NCBI GenBank assembly: GCA_945862155.1
Contig: CAMAXJ010000001.1
Span: forward strand, 5,845 to 69,844
Direction: 5' to 3'
DNA length: 64,000 bases
Origin: Rhodoluna limnophila
Lineage (GTDB): Bacteria > Actinomycetota > Actinomycetes > Actinomycetales > Microbacteriaceae
Shown: positions 9,593-18,687 of the stretch, piece by piece
Position numbering within the stretch: the stretch's first letter is position 1
Layout of the letters: every line of letters begins with the position of its first letter
Program-made: the position numbers and the translations under genes
Notes under the pieces: model-generated
What the model was told of the DNA's origin: nothing
What the model saw: only the letters and a program-made list of their open reading frames with translations
Databases searched by the model: none

Positions 9593-10837
9593 ATGGCAAA
9601 ACCGACAGGCGAAAGATTCGATCACTGGATCGATAGCTACGCCAAGCGCGCAGGCTCTCTCTCAGTTTCTGAAGTTCGAGCTCTCTTTGCAGTTGTATCA
9701 AGACCAGAGGTTGTTTCCCTTGCTGGCGGCATGCCAAATGTTTCTTCCCTGCCAAAAGAACTAATCACCGAAAGCTTTGAAAAGCTCATGTCGACCAAGG
9801 GTGACATGGCACTGCAGTATGGCGGCGGTCAGGGAGATATAACTCTCCGTGGACAAATCCACGACATCATGGCACTCGAAGGAATTTCTTCCAGCGTTGA
9901 GGATCTTGTAATCACAACCGGCTCGCAGCATGGCCTTGAATTGCTTGCAGGTTTATTTCTGGACGAAGGCGATGTTGTTATCGCCGAGGGACCCTCTTAT
10001 GTTGGCGCACTTGGAATCTTCCGTCACTATCTAGCTGAGGTTGAGCACGTCTATACCGACAATGACGGCATGTCACCGGAGGCACTTGAGCAGGCAATTG
10101 CAAAGCTGAAAAAAGCAAATAAGAAAATCAAGCTTTTATATCTGGTTCCAAACTTTGCCAACCCCTCTGGTGTGACGCTATCCGCCAAGAGAAGACCAGA
10201 GATTCTTGCTATTGCCAAACGCAACAACATTTTGGTGGTTGAAGATAACCCTTACGGACTTTTGTATTTTGATAAAAAGCCGCCCAAGGCGCTTCGCTCG
10301 ATAGATGACAACGTCATCTACCTTGGGTCTTTTTCCAAGATTTTGGTTCCGGGTTTCCGCGTTGGCTATGTTCTGGCCCCTCCCCCAATTAGAGAAAAGC
10401 TAGTGCTAGCTCAAGAATCTGCAATTTTGTGCCCGAGTGCTTTTTCGCAGATGTTGATATCCGAATACTTGGCAACCGCCGATTGGCAAAAACAAGTTGA
10501 CACTTTCAGAGGCGTTTACAAGCAGCGCAAAGATGCAGCCCTAAAGGCAATGAAGGAATACCTTCCTTCGCTCAAAACAACCAAGCCCGATGGTGGGTTC
10601 TATCTTTGGGTTGATCTGCCACAAGGCATGGACTCGAAGGCGATGCTTCCACTCGCTGTCAAAGAGCTGGTTGCCTATACGCCAGGAACCGCGTTCTATG
10701 GCGACGGTCAGGGCAAGAACAAACTTCGTATCTGCTATTCCTACCCAACACCTGAGCGCATAGATTTAGGGATCAAGCGGCTAAGCAACGTGATCAACTT
10801 GCAGCTCGATCTTCAACAAACCTTCGGGAAGGGCTAA
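9593..10837 (+). CDS. PLP-dependent aminotransferase (class I/II fold, 2-aminoadipate/LysN-like)
   Basis: 414 aa with PNFANPSG, VVEDNPYG, and the PLP-lysine motif GSFSKILVPGFRVGY. Confidence 0.8.
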   Translation: MAKPTGERFDHWIDSYAKRAGSLSVSEVRALFAVVSRPEVVSLAGGMPNVSSLPKELITESFEKLMSTKGDMALQYGGGQGDITLRGQIHDIMALEGISSSVEDLVITTGSQHGLELLAGLFLDEGDVVIAEGPSYVGALGIFRHYLAEVEHVYTDNDGMSPEALEQAIAKLKKANKKIKLLYLVPNFANPSGVTLSAKRRPEILAIAKRNNILVVEDNPYGLLYFDKKPPKALRSIDDNVIYLGSFSKILVPGFRVGYVLAPPPIREKLVLAQESAILCPSAFSQMLISEYLATADWQKQVDTFRGVYKQRKDAALKAMKEYLPSLKTTKPDGGFYLWVDLPQGMDSKAMLPLAVKELVAYTPGTAFYGDGQGKNKLRICYSYPTPERIDLGIKRLSNVINLQLDLQQTFGKG

Positions 10838-10840
10838 GCC

Positions 10841-11812
10841 ATGACTCCAACGAGCAAACAAGCCAGCAAGCTAAAGATTGTTGTTTTGGCTGGAGGAATA
10901 TCCCACGAGCGTGACATCTCTTTGAAATCCGGTCGCCGAGTTGCCGATGCCCTGATTGAAAAAGGCGCGCAAGTGATTATGCGCGAACCAGATCACGAGC
11001 TTCTTGAGAACCTCAAAAAAGACAAGCCCGATGTCATTTGGCCGGTGCTGCACGGCGCCAGCGGCGAAGACGGTGCCTTGAGGGACATCCTTTCTTTGAC
11101 CGGAATCCCATTTGTTGGGGCAACAGCAACAGCAGCAAAGTTGGCCTGGGATAAATCAATTGCCAAGATTCTGGTTGCCCAAAACGGTATCCAAACCCCG
11201 AGTTCAATTACCCTGCCACGTGAAACATTCAGGGAGCTCGACGCCGATTCCGTTCTAAAACTTGTTGCTAAATCCATATCCCTGCCGGTTGTTGTAAAGC
11301 CGGCCCGCTCAGGATCTGCTCAAGGTGTCACGATTGTCAAAAAGCAGGAGCAGCTGAGCCAGGCCATGATCGACGCCTATGTTTATTGCGATGTGGCAAT
11401 CATCGAAGATTTTGTTGAGGGCATCGAATTGGCAGTTGGGGTGATCGATCTAGGGGCGGGGCCTGCTGCCCTGCCAGCTGTTGAGATTAAGCCTCGTTCC
11501 GGACACTTCGGTTTCGAGGAGCGATACATCGCCGGCGAGACTGACTATTTTGTTCCGGCTAGACTCACCAACACCGTTGCTGCTAAGGCGGCCAAGATGG
11601 CTATCGTCGCTCACCAGGCTCTGGGTCTTAGGCATCTATGCCGAGTAGATATGATCGTTGACGCCAAGGGTGTCCCCTGGTTTTTGGAGGCAAATGTTTT
11701 GCCAGGACTAACAGAGACTTCTTTATTGCCGCAGGCAATCCTCGCTTCAGGGTCAACCCTGGGCGACGTTTATTACTCGCTAGCCCAAGCTGCTGTCAAA
11801 GGTCGCGGCTAG
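10841..11812 (+). CDS. ddl: D-alanine--D-alanine ligase
   Basis: 323 aa with GGISHERDISLKSG, HGASGEDGALRDIL, an ATP-grasp core, and EANVLPGLTETSL. Confidence 0.9.
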   Translation: MTPTSKQASKLKIVVLAGGISHERDISLKSGRRVADALIEKGAQVIMREPDHELLENLKKDKPDVIWPVLHGASGEDGALRDILSLTGIPFVGATATAAKLAWDKSIAKILVAQNGIQTPSSITLPRETFRELDADSVLKLVAKSISLPVVVKPARSGSAQGVTIVKKQEQLSQAMIDAYVYCDVAIIEDFVEGIELAVGVIDLGAGPAALPAVEIKPRSGHFGFEERYIAGETDYFVPARLTNTVAAKAAKMAIVAHQALGLRHLCRVDMIVDAKGVPWFLEANVLPGLTETSLLPQAILASGSTLGDVYYSLAQAAVKGRG

Positions 11813-12738
11813 TTCTTTTTCTTGTAGCCGATTGCATCCAAGATGCGGTTTAGATCTGCCACTGTTGCAAAATCAATCATTAGCTGGCCCTTCTTGCGGC
11901 CCAAAACAATCTTGACTTTGGTGTCTAACTGATCACCCAAACCATCGGCAATCTCTTTCAGAAGATCCTGTTTGGTGCCCTGTTTGATCTTTGGCTTTTT
12001 TGCCTCTGGCTTATCAAGGCCAACAAGTTCTTCCAGGGATCGAACCGACAAACCTTCGTTGATGGTTTTGGTTGCAAAGTGTTCCATTCTGAGTGCATCC
12101 GCTGCACCCAGAATTGCCCGGGCGTGACCGGCTGATAAAACTCCGGCGGCAACTTGACGCTGCACGCTGGCAGGAAGTTTTAGGAGTCGAAGTGTGTTTG
12201 TGATTTGCGGACGAGATCTTCCAATGCGCTCAGCAAGCTGCTCTTGGGTAATTCCAAAATCTTCCAGCAGCTGCGCATAAGCACTTGCTTCTTCAAGTGG
12301 GTTTAGGTCGCTTCTGTGCAAGTTTTCTAGCAGCGCATCGCGCAACATATTTTGATCTTCTGTTTCACGAATTACTGCAGGTATCTTTGTAAGGCCTGCC
12401 TCTTTGGATGCGCGCAGTCTGCGCTCACCCATGATCAGCTCATACTTGCCTTCAGATTTTTCGCGAACAACAATAGGTTGTAAAACTCCAAGCTCACGAA
12501 TCGAGTGAACGAGTTCTGCAAACGCTTCCGCTTCAAATACAGTTCGTGGTTGTTTCGCATTCGGTGCGATGGCTTTAATATCGAGGTGACCAAAGCGTGC
12601 GCCTGGAACCGTTGCAAGGGCTGGGCCCTTGGTTCCACCGGCAGGAAAGAAGATGTCAACTGGTCGTTCACTATTTTTCTCGGAAGTTGGTATTAGTGAA
12701 CCGATGCCTCGACCAAGTCCGCCTTTTTTCTCAGCCAC
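11809..12738 (-). CDS. parB: chromosome partitioning protein ParB
   Basis: 309 aa with the ParB box GERRLRASK and an HTH (TQEQLAERIGRSRPQITNTLRLL). It overlaps the parA stop. Confidence 0.95.
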   Translation of the reverse strand: MAEKKGGLGRGIGSLIPTSEKNSERPVDIFFPAGGTKGPALATVPGARFGHLDIKAIAPNAKQPRTVFEAEAFAELVHSIRELGVLQPIVVREKSEGKYELIMGERRLRASKEAGLTKIPAVIRETEDQNMLRDALLENLHRSDLNPLEEASAYAQLLEDFGITQEQLAERIGRSRPQITNTLRLLKLPASVQRQVAAGVLSAGHARAILGAADALRMEHFATKTINEGLSVRSLEELVGLDKPEAKKPKIKQGTKQDLLKEIADGLGDQLDTKVKIVLGRKKGQLMIDFATVADLNRILDAIGYKKKN

Positions 12739-13645
12739 GTCTTACTCCTTTGTTTGCTAATTCAATTGCCGCTTCCATGTACGCGATTGCACCGGGTGAT
12801 GAGTGATCGTAAGAAATTACGGACTTACCGTAGCTTGGTGCTTCGGATACGCGAACCGATCTTGGAATGATGGTTGATAAAACTTGAGTTGGGAAATGCA
12901 GCTTTACTTCATCAGCAACTTGGGATGCAAGTTTGGTGCGTGAGTCATACATCGTCAACAAAATTGTTGATAGTTCAAGTTCTGGGTTCAGGTGCTTTCT
13001 AATCATTTCAATTGAACGGGCGAGTTGTGAAAGACCTTCGAGTGCGTAGTACTCGCACTGAATCGGGATCAAAACTTCTTTGGCCGCAACAAATGCATTC
13101 ACGGTCAATAGACCCAGACTCGGTGGGCAGTCAATCAAGACATAGTCCGGCGGAGTTATTGTGGTTTGAAGATAAGTTTCGATTGCGTTGTGAAGTCTTT
13201 GCTCACGAGCCACTAGAGAAACAAGTTCAATCTCCGCACCTGCCAAGTGAATGGTTGCTGGAACACAAGTTAGTCCTGGGCGCTCGGGAGAAATCTGAAC
13301 CACTTGCTCCATTGGGACATCGTCAATTAAGACTTCGTAGATGCTCTTGATATCTGCGTGGTGATCGATGCCCAAAGCGGTTGATGCGTTGCCCTGAGGA
13401 TCCAGGTCAATCACAAGAACTTGCAATCCTTTTGAGGCCAGAGCTGCAGCCAGGTTAACGGCCGTGGTGGTCTTACCTACGCCACCTTTTTGGTTGGAAA
13501 TGGTAATTACTCGGGTAACCGAAGGTCTTGCCACTGTCTGTGCCCCGACATTGACCAAACGGCGGGAGTTTTCCACAAGTTCACGAGCAAGTGGTGTATC
13601 TGTGAAATCGGCTAAATCTCCTGCTAAATCATCAGGATGTTTCAC
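12731..13645 (-). CDS. parA: chromosome partitioning ATPase ParA/Soj
   Basis: Deviant Walker A NQKGGVGKTTTAVNLA. The longest ORF runs to 13678 (TTG). I prefer the in-frame GTG at 13645 embedded in parS, giving (M)KHPDD, which parallels the rsmG start. Confidence 0.9.
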   Translation of the reverse strand: MKHPDDLAGDLADFTDTPLARELVENSRRLVNVGAQTVARPSVTRVITISNQKGGVGKTTTAVNLAAALASKGLQVLVIDLDPQGNASTALGIDHHADIKSIYEVLIDDVPMEQVVQISPERPGLTCVPATIHLAGAEIELVSLVAREQRLHNAIETYLQTTITPPDYVLIDCPPSLGLLTVNAFVAAKEVLIPIQCEYYALEGLSQLARSIEMIRKHLNPELELSTILLTMYDSRTKLASQVADEVKLHFPTQVLSTIIPRSVRVSEAPSYGKSVISYDHSSPGAIAYMEAAIELANKGVRRG

Positions 13646-13653
13646 GTGAAACC
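13638..13653. promoter_or_regulatory. parS centromere-like site
   Basis: TGTTTCACGTGAAACC matches the conserved parS palindrome tGTTTCACGTGAAACa and overlaps the parA start. Confidence 0.8.
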
Positions 13654-13787
13654 ACCTTAATGTCGGAGTTATCCACAAGCCAACCAGTTGGTTGTGGAGA
13701 ACTGTCTTCGCGGTTGTTTGGGTAGCCTAGGCCGGAAACAACACTCAGCTTGGTAACCGAGGTTGATTCTGCTGGCTGCTCTGACAT

Positions 13788-14429
13788 CTATTTCTCCTGT
13801 GAAGAATCTAGTCTAGTTTCAACCACCGATGTGGGCTCAGCCAAAAACTTTTCCCCACAGACCACGATCTCGAAGCTCTCAATTTTGAGGTTCTTTTCTA
13901 GCTTCTGCGCCTCCAGAATTTCCTCCGGGGCCTTGGATCCCTTTAGGGCAATTACCCTGCCCCCGAGCTTCAAAAGCGGAACACAAAGGCGAAGCAGCTT
14001 ATCCAAAGCCGCCACGGCCCTGGCCGTGACCACATCAAACTGACCGCCCTCGACCTCCTCAGCCCGGGCCCGAACCACCTCAACGTTTTGTAGGTCAAGC
14101 TCGTCAACTACCTCTTGCAGCCAACTGGCCCTTCGGTCCATCGGCTCAATAAGAACAAAATCGGTGGCTGGAGCAATTATTGCCATTGGGATGCCCGGCA
14201 GCCCCGCCCCGGAGCCCACATCGGCCACTAGCTCCCCTGGCCTAATCAGTTCGGCAACTACCGCTGAGTTCAAGATGTGCCTGGACCAGATCTTGTCTAA
14301 TTCTCTTGGTCCCAGAAGACCCAGCTGGTCGCTGTCTTGGGCCAGCTTTTGGACATAGCTTCTGGCAAGTTTAATCTGGGGGCCAAAAATTGCCTCGGCG
14401 GCTTCGGGCTCGGACTCGAAATGTTTCAC
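13788..14429 (-). CDS. rsmG: 16S rRNA (guanine527-N7)-methyltransferase RsmG
   Basis: 213 aa with SAM motif VADVGSGAGLPGIPMAI, plus GidB synteny. The GTG start lies inside parS. Confidence 0.9.
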   Translation of the reverse strand: MKHFESEPEAAEAIFGPQIKLARSYVQKLAQDSDQLGLLGPRELDKIWSRHILNSAVVAELIRPGELVADVGSGAGLPGIPMAIIAPATDFVLIEPMDRRASWLQEVVDELDLQNVEVVRARAEEVEGGQFDVVTARAVAALDKLLRLCVPLLKLGGRVIALKGSKAPEEILEAQKLEKNLKIESFEIVVCGEKFLAEPTSVVETRLDSSQEK

Positions 14430-14437
14430 GTGAAACT
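14422..14437. promoter_or_regulatory. parS centromere-like site
   Basis: TGTTTCACGTGAAACT spans the jag stop codon (14436-14438) and the rsmG GTG start (14427-14429). Confidence 0.8.
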
Positions 14438-14930
14438 ATTCAGGTTTTGAGATGACGATGTGGCGGTCGCGGCCTTCGCCCTCAGATTCTGAGTGGAGGC
14501 CGGCCTCGCCGATCAGGTCGTGGGCGAGCTTGCGCTCGTAGGAGCTCATTGGCTTGAGGTGATATGGCTCGCCGCTGTCCTTGACCTTGTCAATAAACTT
14601 GGATACCGCTTTGGTCAACTGATCGATCTTGGCCTGGCGGGAGCCCCCAACATCCAGAATCAGTCTGGAGTAGCTTGAGGTCTTGACCTGCACAGCCAAC
14701 CGGGTCAGCTCCTGAAGGGCCTCAACGGTGTCTGGATGGGAGATAAGGTCCAGGTTGGAGTCTTTGCCCGCGGCTACGGCCAGGTAGGCGCGTCCCTCGC
14801 GGACGTCGATGTCAATATCGCCATCCAAATCAGTTATGTCAAGTAGTTCTTCTAGGTAGTCAGCGGCGACATCGCCCTCTTCTTCTAGCTGCTTGACGGT
14901 GCGGTCTTTGCTCTCATCTAATTCGGCCAT
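14436..14930 (-). CDS. jag: Jag/KhpB-type KH + R3H RNA-binding protein
   Basis: 164 aa with an acidic N-terminus and a C-terminal R3H-like segment (YERKLAHDLIGEAGLHSESEGEGRDRHIVI), downstream of yidC. Confidence 0.8.
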   Translation of the reverse strand: MAELDESKDRTVKQLEEEGDVAADYLEELLDITDLDGDIDIDVREGRAYLAVAAGKDSNLDLISHPDTVEALQELTRLAVQVKTSSYSRLILDVGGSRQAKIDQLTKAVSKFIDKVKDSGEPYHLKPMSSYERKLAHDLIGEAGLHSESEGEGRDRHIVISKPE

Positions 14931-14940
14931 CTGTGGCTAC

Positions 14941-15897
14941 CTACTTCTTCTTTTTCTTGTTGTCTTTTTTAGCGCGGTTTTTGCCCTTGGGCTGCTCGCG
15001 CTGAGTCTTTTCTTCCGCTTCGGCGGCTGCCTTGGCAGCTGCTTCGGCATCTAGCTTTTCCTGGAGCTCCTTCGGGAGCTTGCCTTTTTTAGCCAAGCGG
15101 TCAATACGAGCCTGGTAGGCGGGGGAGCCATCGGTTGGCATGTTGCGGATAACAATAAACTGCTGGCCCATGGTCCAGAAGTTCGAAGTTAGCCAGTAGG
15201 TGATAACGGCAATCGGGAAAGTGACTCCGGAAATCACAAAGATTAGGGGGAAGATGTAAAGCAAGATCTTCTGGGTTTGCATGTATTGGCTGTTCTGAAC
15301 AGCTGGGTTTTGGTTCTTGGCGATGATCTGTTTTTGGGTGATGAACTGCGAAGCAGACATCAAAACCACCATGACCCCGGCCATGACCTGAACTTGGATG
15401 GTGGTGGCGGTCAAGAAGGTTTCTGACAGCCTCGCCCCAAACAAACTTGCCTCAGAAAACTGGATGGCCAGCTCAGAGCTCATTGGACCCACACCGGATT
15501 TTCTGGCCTGGGCGTCATTCAGTGTGAAGAAAAGCCCCATAAAAATAGGGATCTGGACCAAAATCGGTAGGCATGATGACAGTGGGTTAGATCCGGTTTT
15601 CTTGTAAAGATCCATTTGCTCTTTGGCAAATTTCTCCCTGGATTCACGGTCGTTCTTGCCCTTGTATTTCTTCTGAAGCTTTTGCAGTTCCGGCTGAACC
15701 AGCATCATGTTTCGCTGAGACTTAATTTGCTTCACGAACAGTGGGATCAGGGCTGACCGAACAACTAGCACTAGGCCAACAACTGATAGCACCCAGCTGA
15801 GGCCGGAGTCCGGGGAGAGTCCAAAAAAGCCAAATAGGGAGTGAAAGCCAACCAAAATTAGCTCAATTACCCATTTGACCGGGAACAGTAGGTCCAT
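14941..15897 (-). CDS. yidC: membrane protein insertase YidC
   Basis: 318 aa with a multi-TM 60-kDa-insertase core (PLSSCLPILVQIPIFMGLF) and a Lys-rich C-terminal tail. Confidence 0.9.
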   Translation of the reverse strand: MDLLFPVKWVIELILVGFHSLFGFFGLSPDSGLSWVLSVVGLVLVVRSALIPLFVKQIKSQRNMMLVQPELQKLQKKYKGKNDRESREKFAKEQMDLYKKTGSNPLSSCLPILVQIPIFMGLFFTLNDAQARKSGVGPMSSELAIQFSEASLFGARLSETFLTATTIQVQVMAGVMVVLMSASQFITQKQIIAKNQNPAVQNSQYMQTQKILLYIFPLIFVISGVTFPIAVITYWLTSNFWTMGQQFIVIRNMPTDGSPAYQARIDRLAKKGKLPKELQEKLDAEAAAKAAAEAEEKTQREQPKGKNRAKKDNKKKKK

Positions 15898-15900
15898 TTC

Positions 15901-16203
15901 TTACCTTTCCTGAGGCTTTGTTGCAACAAAGCCATTTTCCAAAACTACGAACCTCTGGCCGGAGTCCTTCACGGGATCAATTCCGCCCTTGGACCAGGGG
16001 TTGCAACGGAAGATTCTAAGAATCGTCCAAAAACTTCCCGCGATCACTCCTCGCTGCTGAATCTGGCCTAGGCCATAAGCCGAGCAACTCGGGTAATACC
16101 GGCAAACATCCCCGTACAACGGGGATATGAGCTTTCTATATCCCTTTAGAAACAAAACGACTAGGTTCCTTGGAACCAGCCAAATCGTCCACAAAGTCTT
16201 CAT
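15901..16203 (-). CDS. yidD: membrane protein insertion efficiency factor YidD
   Basis: 100 aa with the YRKLISPLYGDVCRYYPSCSAYG signature. Confidence 0.85.
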   Translation of the reverse strand: MKTLWTIWLVPRNLVVLFLKGYRKLISPLYGDVCRYYPSCSAYGLGQIQQRGVIAGSFWTILRIFRCNPWSKGGIDPVKDSGQRFVVLENGFVATKPQER

Positions 16204-16526
16204 TTGAGCCCTAGGACCCGATCGAAATCGGAGGCCAGGGCCGAAAACTCAAGTTCTGAGCTTCCTGGAAGGGGTCTTAGCACCAACTGGGAACCGGCGG
16301 GAAACTGGTTCAACTTGTCCCGAGCTATGCTTCGAAGCCTTCTTTTTAGTTGATTTCGCTTTACGGCTCCGCCGCAAGCTTTCGATACTACGAATCCAAA
16401 TCTGGTGGGATTTTCGGTTTCGAGTAGCTGGTAACCGACCAGATGTTTAGTTGAGAGTTTTTTTCCCTGTCGCATTACTTTCCGGAAATCATCCCCTCGA
16501 ACCAGTCGGTTTGCTCTTGTGAGCAT
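16200..16526 (-). CDS. rnpA: ribonuclease P protein component
   Basis: 108-aa basic protein (AVKRNQLKRRLRS) located between rpmH and yidD. Confidence 0.9.
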   Translation of the reverse strand: MLTRANRLVRGDDFRKVMRQGKKLSTKHLVGYQLLETENPTRFGFVVSKACGGAVKRNQLKRRLRSIARDKLNQFPAGSQLVLRPLPGSSELEFSALASDFDRVLGLK

Positions 16527-16535
16527 GGGGAGCGG

Positions 16536-16673
16536 TTAAGCCGAAAGTTCTTTGCGGCCCTTGCGGCGACGGGCGGCCAAAATTGCGCGGCCGGCGCGAG
16601 TTGCCATGCGAAGGCGGAAGCCGTGAGTCTTTGAACGACGACGGTTATTCGGCTGGAAAGTGCGCTTGCTCAT
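16536..16673 (-). CDS. rpmH: 50S ribosomal protein L34
   Basis: Hand-translated 45-aa ORF below the track cut-off: [45 protein letters not shown]. Confidence 0.9.
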   Translation of the reverse strand: MSKRTFQPNNRRRSKTHGFRLRMATRAGRAILAARRRKGRKELSA

Positions 16674-16839
16674 GTGTTTACACTCCGAAAATCATTGAGG
16701 AATCGGGTCAGTCGGCTATTGGCCTTGTTCTTACTGGGCAGTTGATTCCAACTTCTGCTCAACTACATAAATCTAGGGCCTGTGGGGGTGTTTGGTCAAG
16801 TCGAAAAGAATCTAATTTGATGTGAGGGCTTTTAGATAT

Positions 16840-16960
16840 TTGTCCACAACTTAATTTGCTTTTATCCAAATAAATCAGTTGAATAACGGTTGAGGTTTCC
16901 GACTTTTCCACAGCTTATAAACTTGGGGGGAGGGTGTGGAAAACTACTTGTTTATCCCAG
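16840..16960. promoter_or_regulatory. DnaA boxes in the dnaA promoter region
   Basis: TTGTCCACA (16840-16848), TTATCCAAA (16862-16870), TTTTCCACA (16904-16912), TGTGGAAAA (16935-16943), TTATCCCAG (16952-16960). Confidence 0.55.
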
Positions 16961-16970
16961 AGGAAAATCA

Positions 16971-18389
16971 ATGAACCAGCTCGATGAGATAACCCAGCAG
17001 TGGGTTGCAGTCATCGACCGTCTTGCCGAAAAGGGAACCCTAAGCCCGCAGTTGATGGGCTTTTTGACCCTGGTTGAGCCCAAGGGTGTCCTGGCGGACA
17101 CCCTCTATCTTGAGGTCCCGAACGACCTAACTAGAGGAATGTTGGAGCAGCGAATTCGCGGCGACATCCTCGAAGTTTTGCAAGAAAATGCCCTCATGGG
17201 TGGTCCCACCAACTTTGCCGTGGTGGTAAACCCCGATATCGAGGCCGATCCTTTGATCACCGAGGCTCCGGAAAACGTCTATCCGATCGGATCTGCCCCT
17301 TCCTTGCAGGGTGAAGAATACCCTCGCAAAACAGGTGCCGTCGGGGTCTTGTTTGATACCCGCCTGAACTCAAAGTACAACTTCGACAACTTCGTTACCG
17401 GAGGATCCAACCGCTTTGCTCACGCGGCTGCTTTCGCCGTTTCCGAAACTCCAGCGAAGGCCTATAACCCACTATTTATTTATGGAGGTTCGGGGCTTGG
17501 CAAGACCCATTTGCTGCACGCCATTGGCCACTATGCCCTGAATCTTTACCCCAAGATCAAGGTTCGTTACGTCTCCTCAGAAGAATTCACCAACGACTTT
17601 ATTAATGCAATTCAGAACAACCGAACCTCTTTCTTCCAGGCTGAATATCGGGATATGGACGTCCTGCTAATTGACGACATCCAGTTCTTGCAGGGTAAAG
17701 ACCAAACCCAAGAAGCTTTCTTTCACACGTTCAACACTCTCCACGATCACAACAAGCAGGTGGTTATCACATCTGATTTGCCGCCCAAGGAGCTAACCGG
17801 TTTCGAGGAGCGCATGCTCTCCCGCTTCGAGTGGGGTCTGATCACAGACATCCAGGCTCCTGAGCTTGAGACCCGTATTGCCATTTTGAGGAAAAAAGCC
17901 GAGAACGAAAAGATAAAGGTCCCGGACGAAATCCTCGAATATATGGCAGCCCGAGTGGCATCAAACATCCGCGAGCTCGAGGGAACCCTGATTCGAGTCA
18001 CAGCCTTTGCCGCCCTAAACCGCACCCCGGTGGATATGAACCTAGTCACTGCTGTTTTGAAGGATATCGTCCCACTGGGAGACGAGACCATCATCGTCCC
18101 GAACGATATCATCGGCGAAGTCTCCAAGTACTACTCGATTAGCGCCGATGACCTCTTTGGCTCATCCCGCCAGCAGGCTGTTGCCCAGGCCAGGCAGATC
18201 GCCATGTATCTGATCCGCGAGCAGACCAACTTGTCTCTTCCAAAGATTGGCCAGCTTTTTGGAAACCGCGACCACACCACAGTTATGTATGCCAACAAGA
18301 AGGTCACCGACCTAATGAAAGAGCGCCGAAGCCTCTATAACCAAGTAACTGAGATTTTGAACCGAGTCAAGCAAAAGTCCCGTGGATAA
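16971..18389 (+). CDS. dnaA: chromosomal replication initiator DnaA
   Basis: AAA+ Walker A GGSGLGKTHLL, Walker B LLIDDIQF, and C-terminal DNA-binding domain (HTTVMYANKKV). I prefer the ATG at 16971 with a GAGGAAAA RBS over the TTG-extended ORF from 16890. Confidence 0.95.
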   Translation: MNQLDEITQQWVAVIDRLAEKGTLSPQLMGFLTLVEPKGVLADTLYLEVPNDLTRGMLEQRIRGDILEVLQENALMGGPTNFAVVVNPDIEADPLITEAPENVYPIGSAPSLQGEEYPRKTGAVGVLFDTRLNSKYNFDNFVTGGSNRFAHAAAFAVSETPAKAYNPLFIYGGSGLGKTHLLHAIGHYALNLYPKIKVRYVSSEEFTNDFINAIQNNRTSFFQAEYRDMDVLLIDDIQFLQGKDQTQEAFFHTFNTLHDHNKQVVITSDLPPKELTGFEERMLSRFEWGLITDIQAPELETRIAILRKKAENEKIKVPDEILEYMAARVASNIRELEGTLIRVTAFAALNRTPVDMNLVTAVLKDIVPLGDETIIVPNDIIGEVSKYYSISADDLFGSSRQQAVAQARQIAMYLIREQTNLSLPKIGQLFGNRDHTTVMYANKKVTDLMKERRSLYNQVTEILNRVKQKSRG

Positions 18390-18687
18390 GCTGTGGATAA
18401 CTGCTGTTTTCTGTGGAATCTCAGCTAGCAACTAGCCCACAGGCCGCCTTTCACTCACAGCAGCATGGGTTATACACAAAGTTATCCCCAGCTGTGTAAA
18501 CAACTTTCACGATTGTAGTTTCAGGGCGTTTGTTGCTAAGTAGCTGTTTATCAACAGTTTCCACACGGGTTACTGTTGTTATTACTTAATTAGTTTTCTA
18601 AGGTGCTATAACTCTTTAGGAAAAACCTTTAGGTAAAAACAAATCTCAAGTTATGCCAAGATTGAAACCCAAACAGACAGGTCAAAA
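18381..18687. other. oriC (dnaA-dnaN intergenic origin with DnaA boxes and an AT-rich unwinding region)
   Basis: CGTGGATAA (18381-18389), TGTGGATAA (18392-18400), TGTGGAATC (18412-18420), TTATACACA (18470-18478), TTATCCCCA (18482-18490), GTTTCCACA (18557-18565). An AT-rich tract lies at about 18576-18650. Confidence 0.75.

Noticed and set aside
16890-16970. N-terminal extensions of longest ORFs: dnaA from 16890, hutI from 50832, trpG from 56016, crgA to 56191, FAH to 37606, ALDH to 39901, permease from 44944.
   Set aside because: The extensions overlap upstream genes or lack homology-like sequence. Internal ATG/GTG codons with proper SD motifs give canonical N-termini.
17747-18127. 126-aa antisense ORF within dnaA, and 136-aa ORF 38436-38846 antisense to the ALDH gene.
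   Set aside because: They lie in shadow frames of highly conserved genes, with Ser/Thr/Arg-rich composition and no independent signals.
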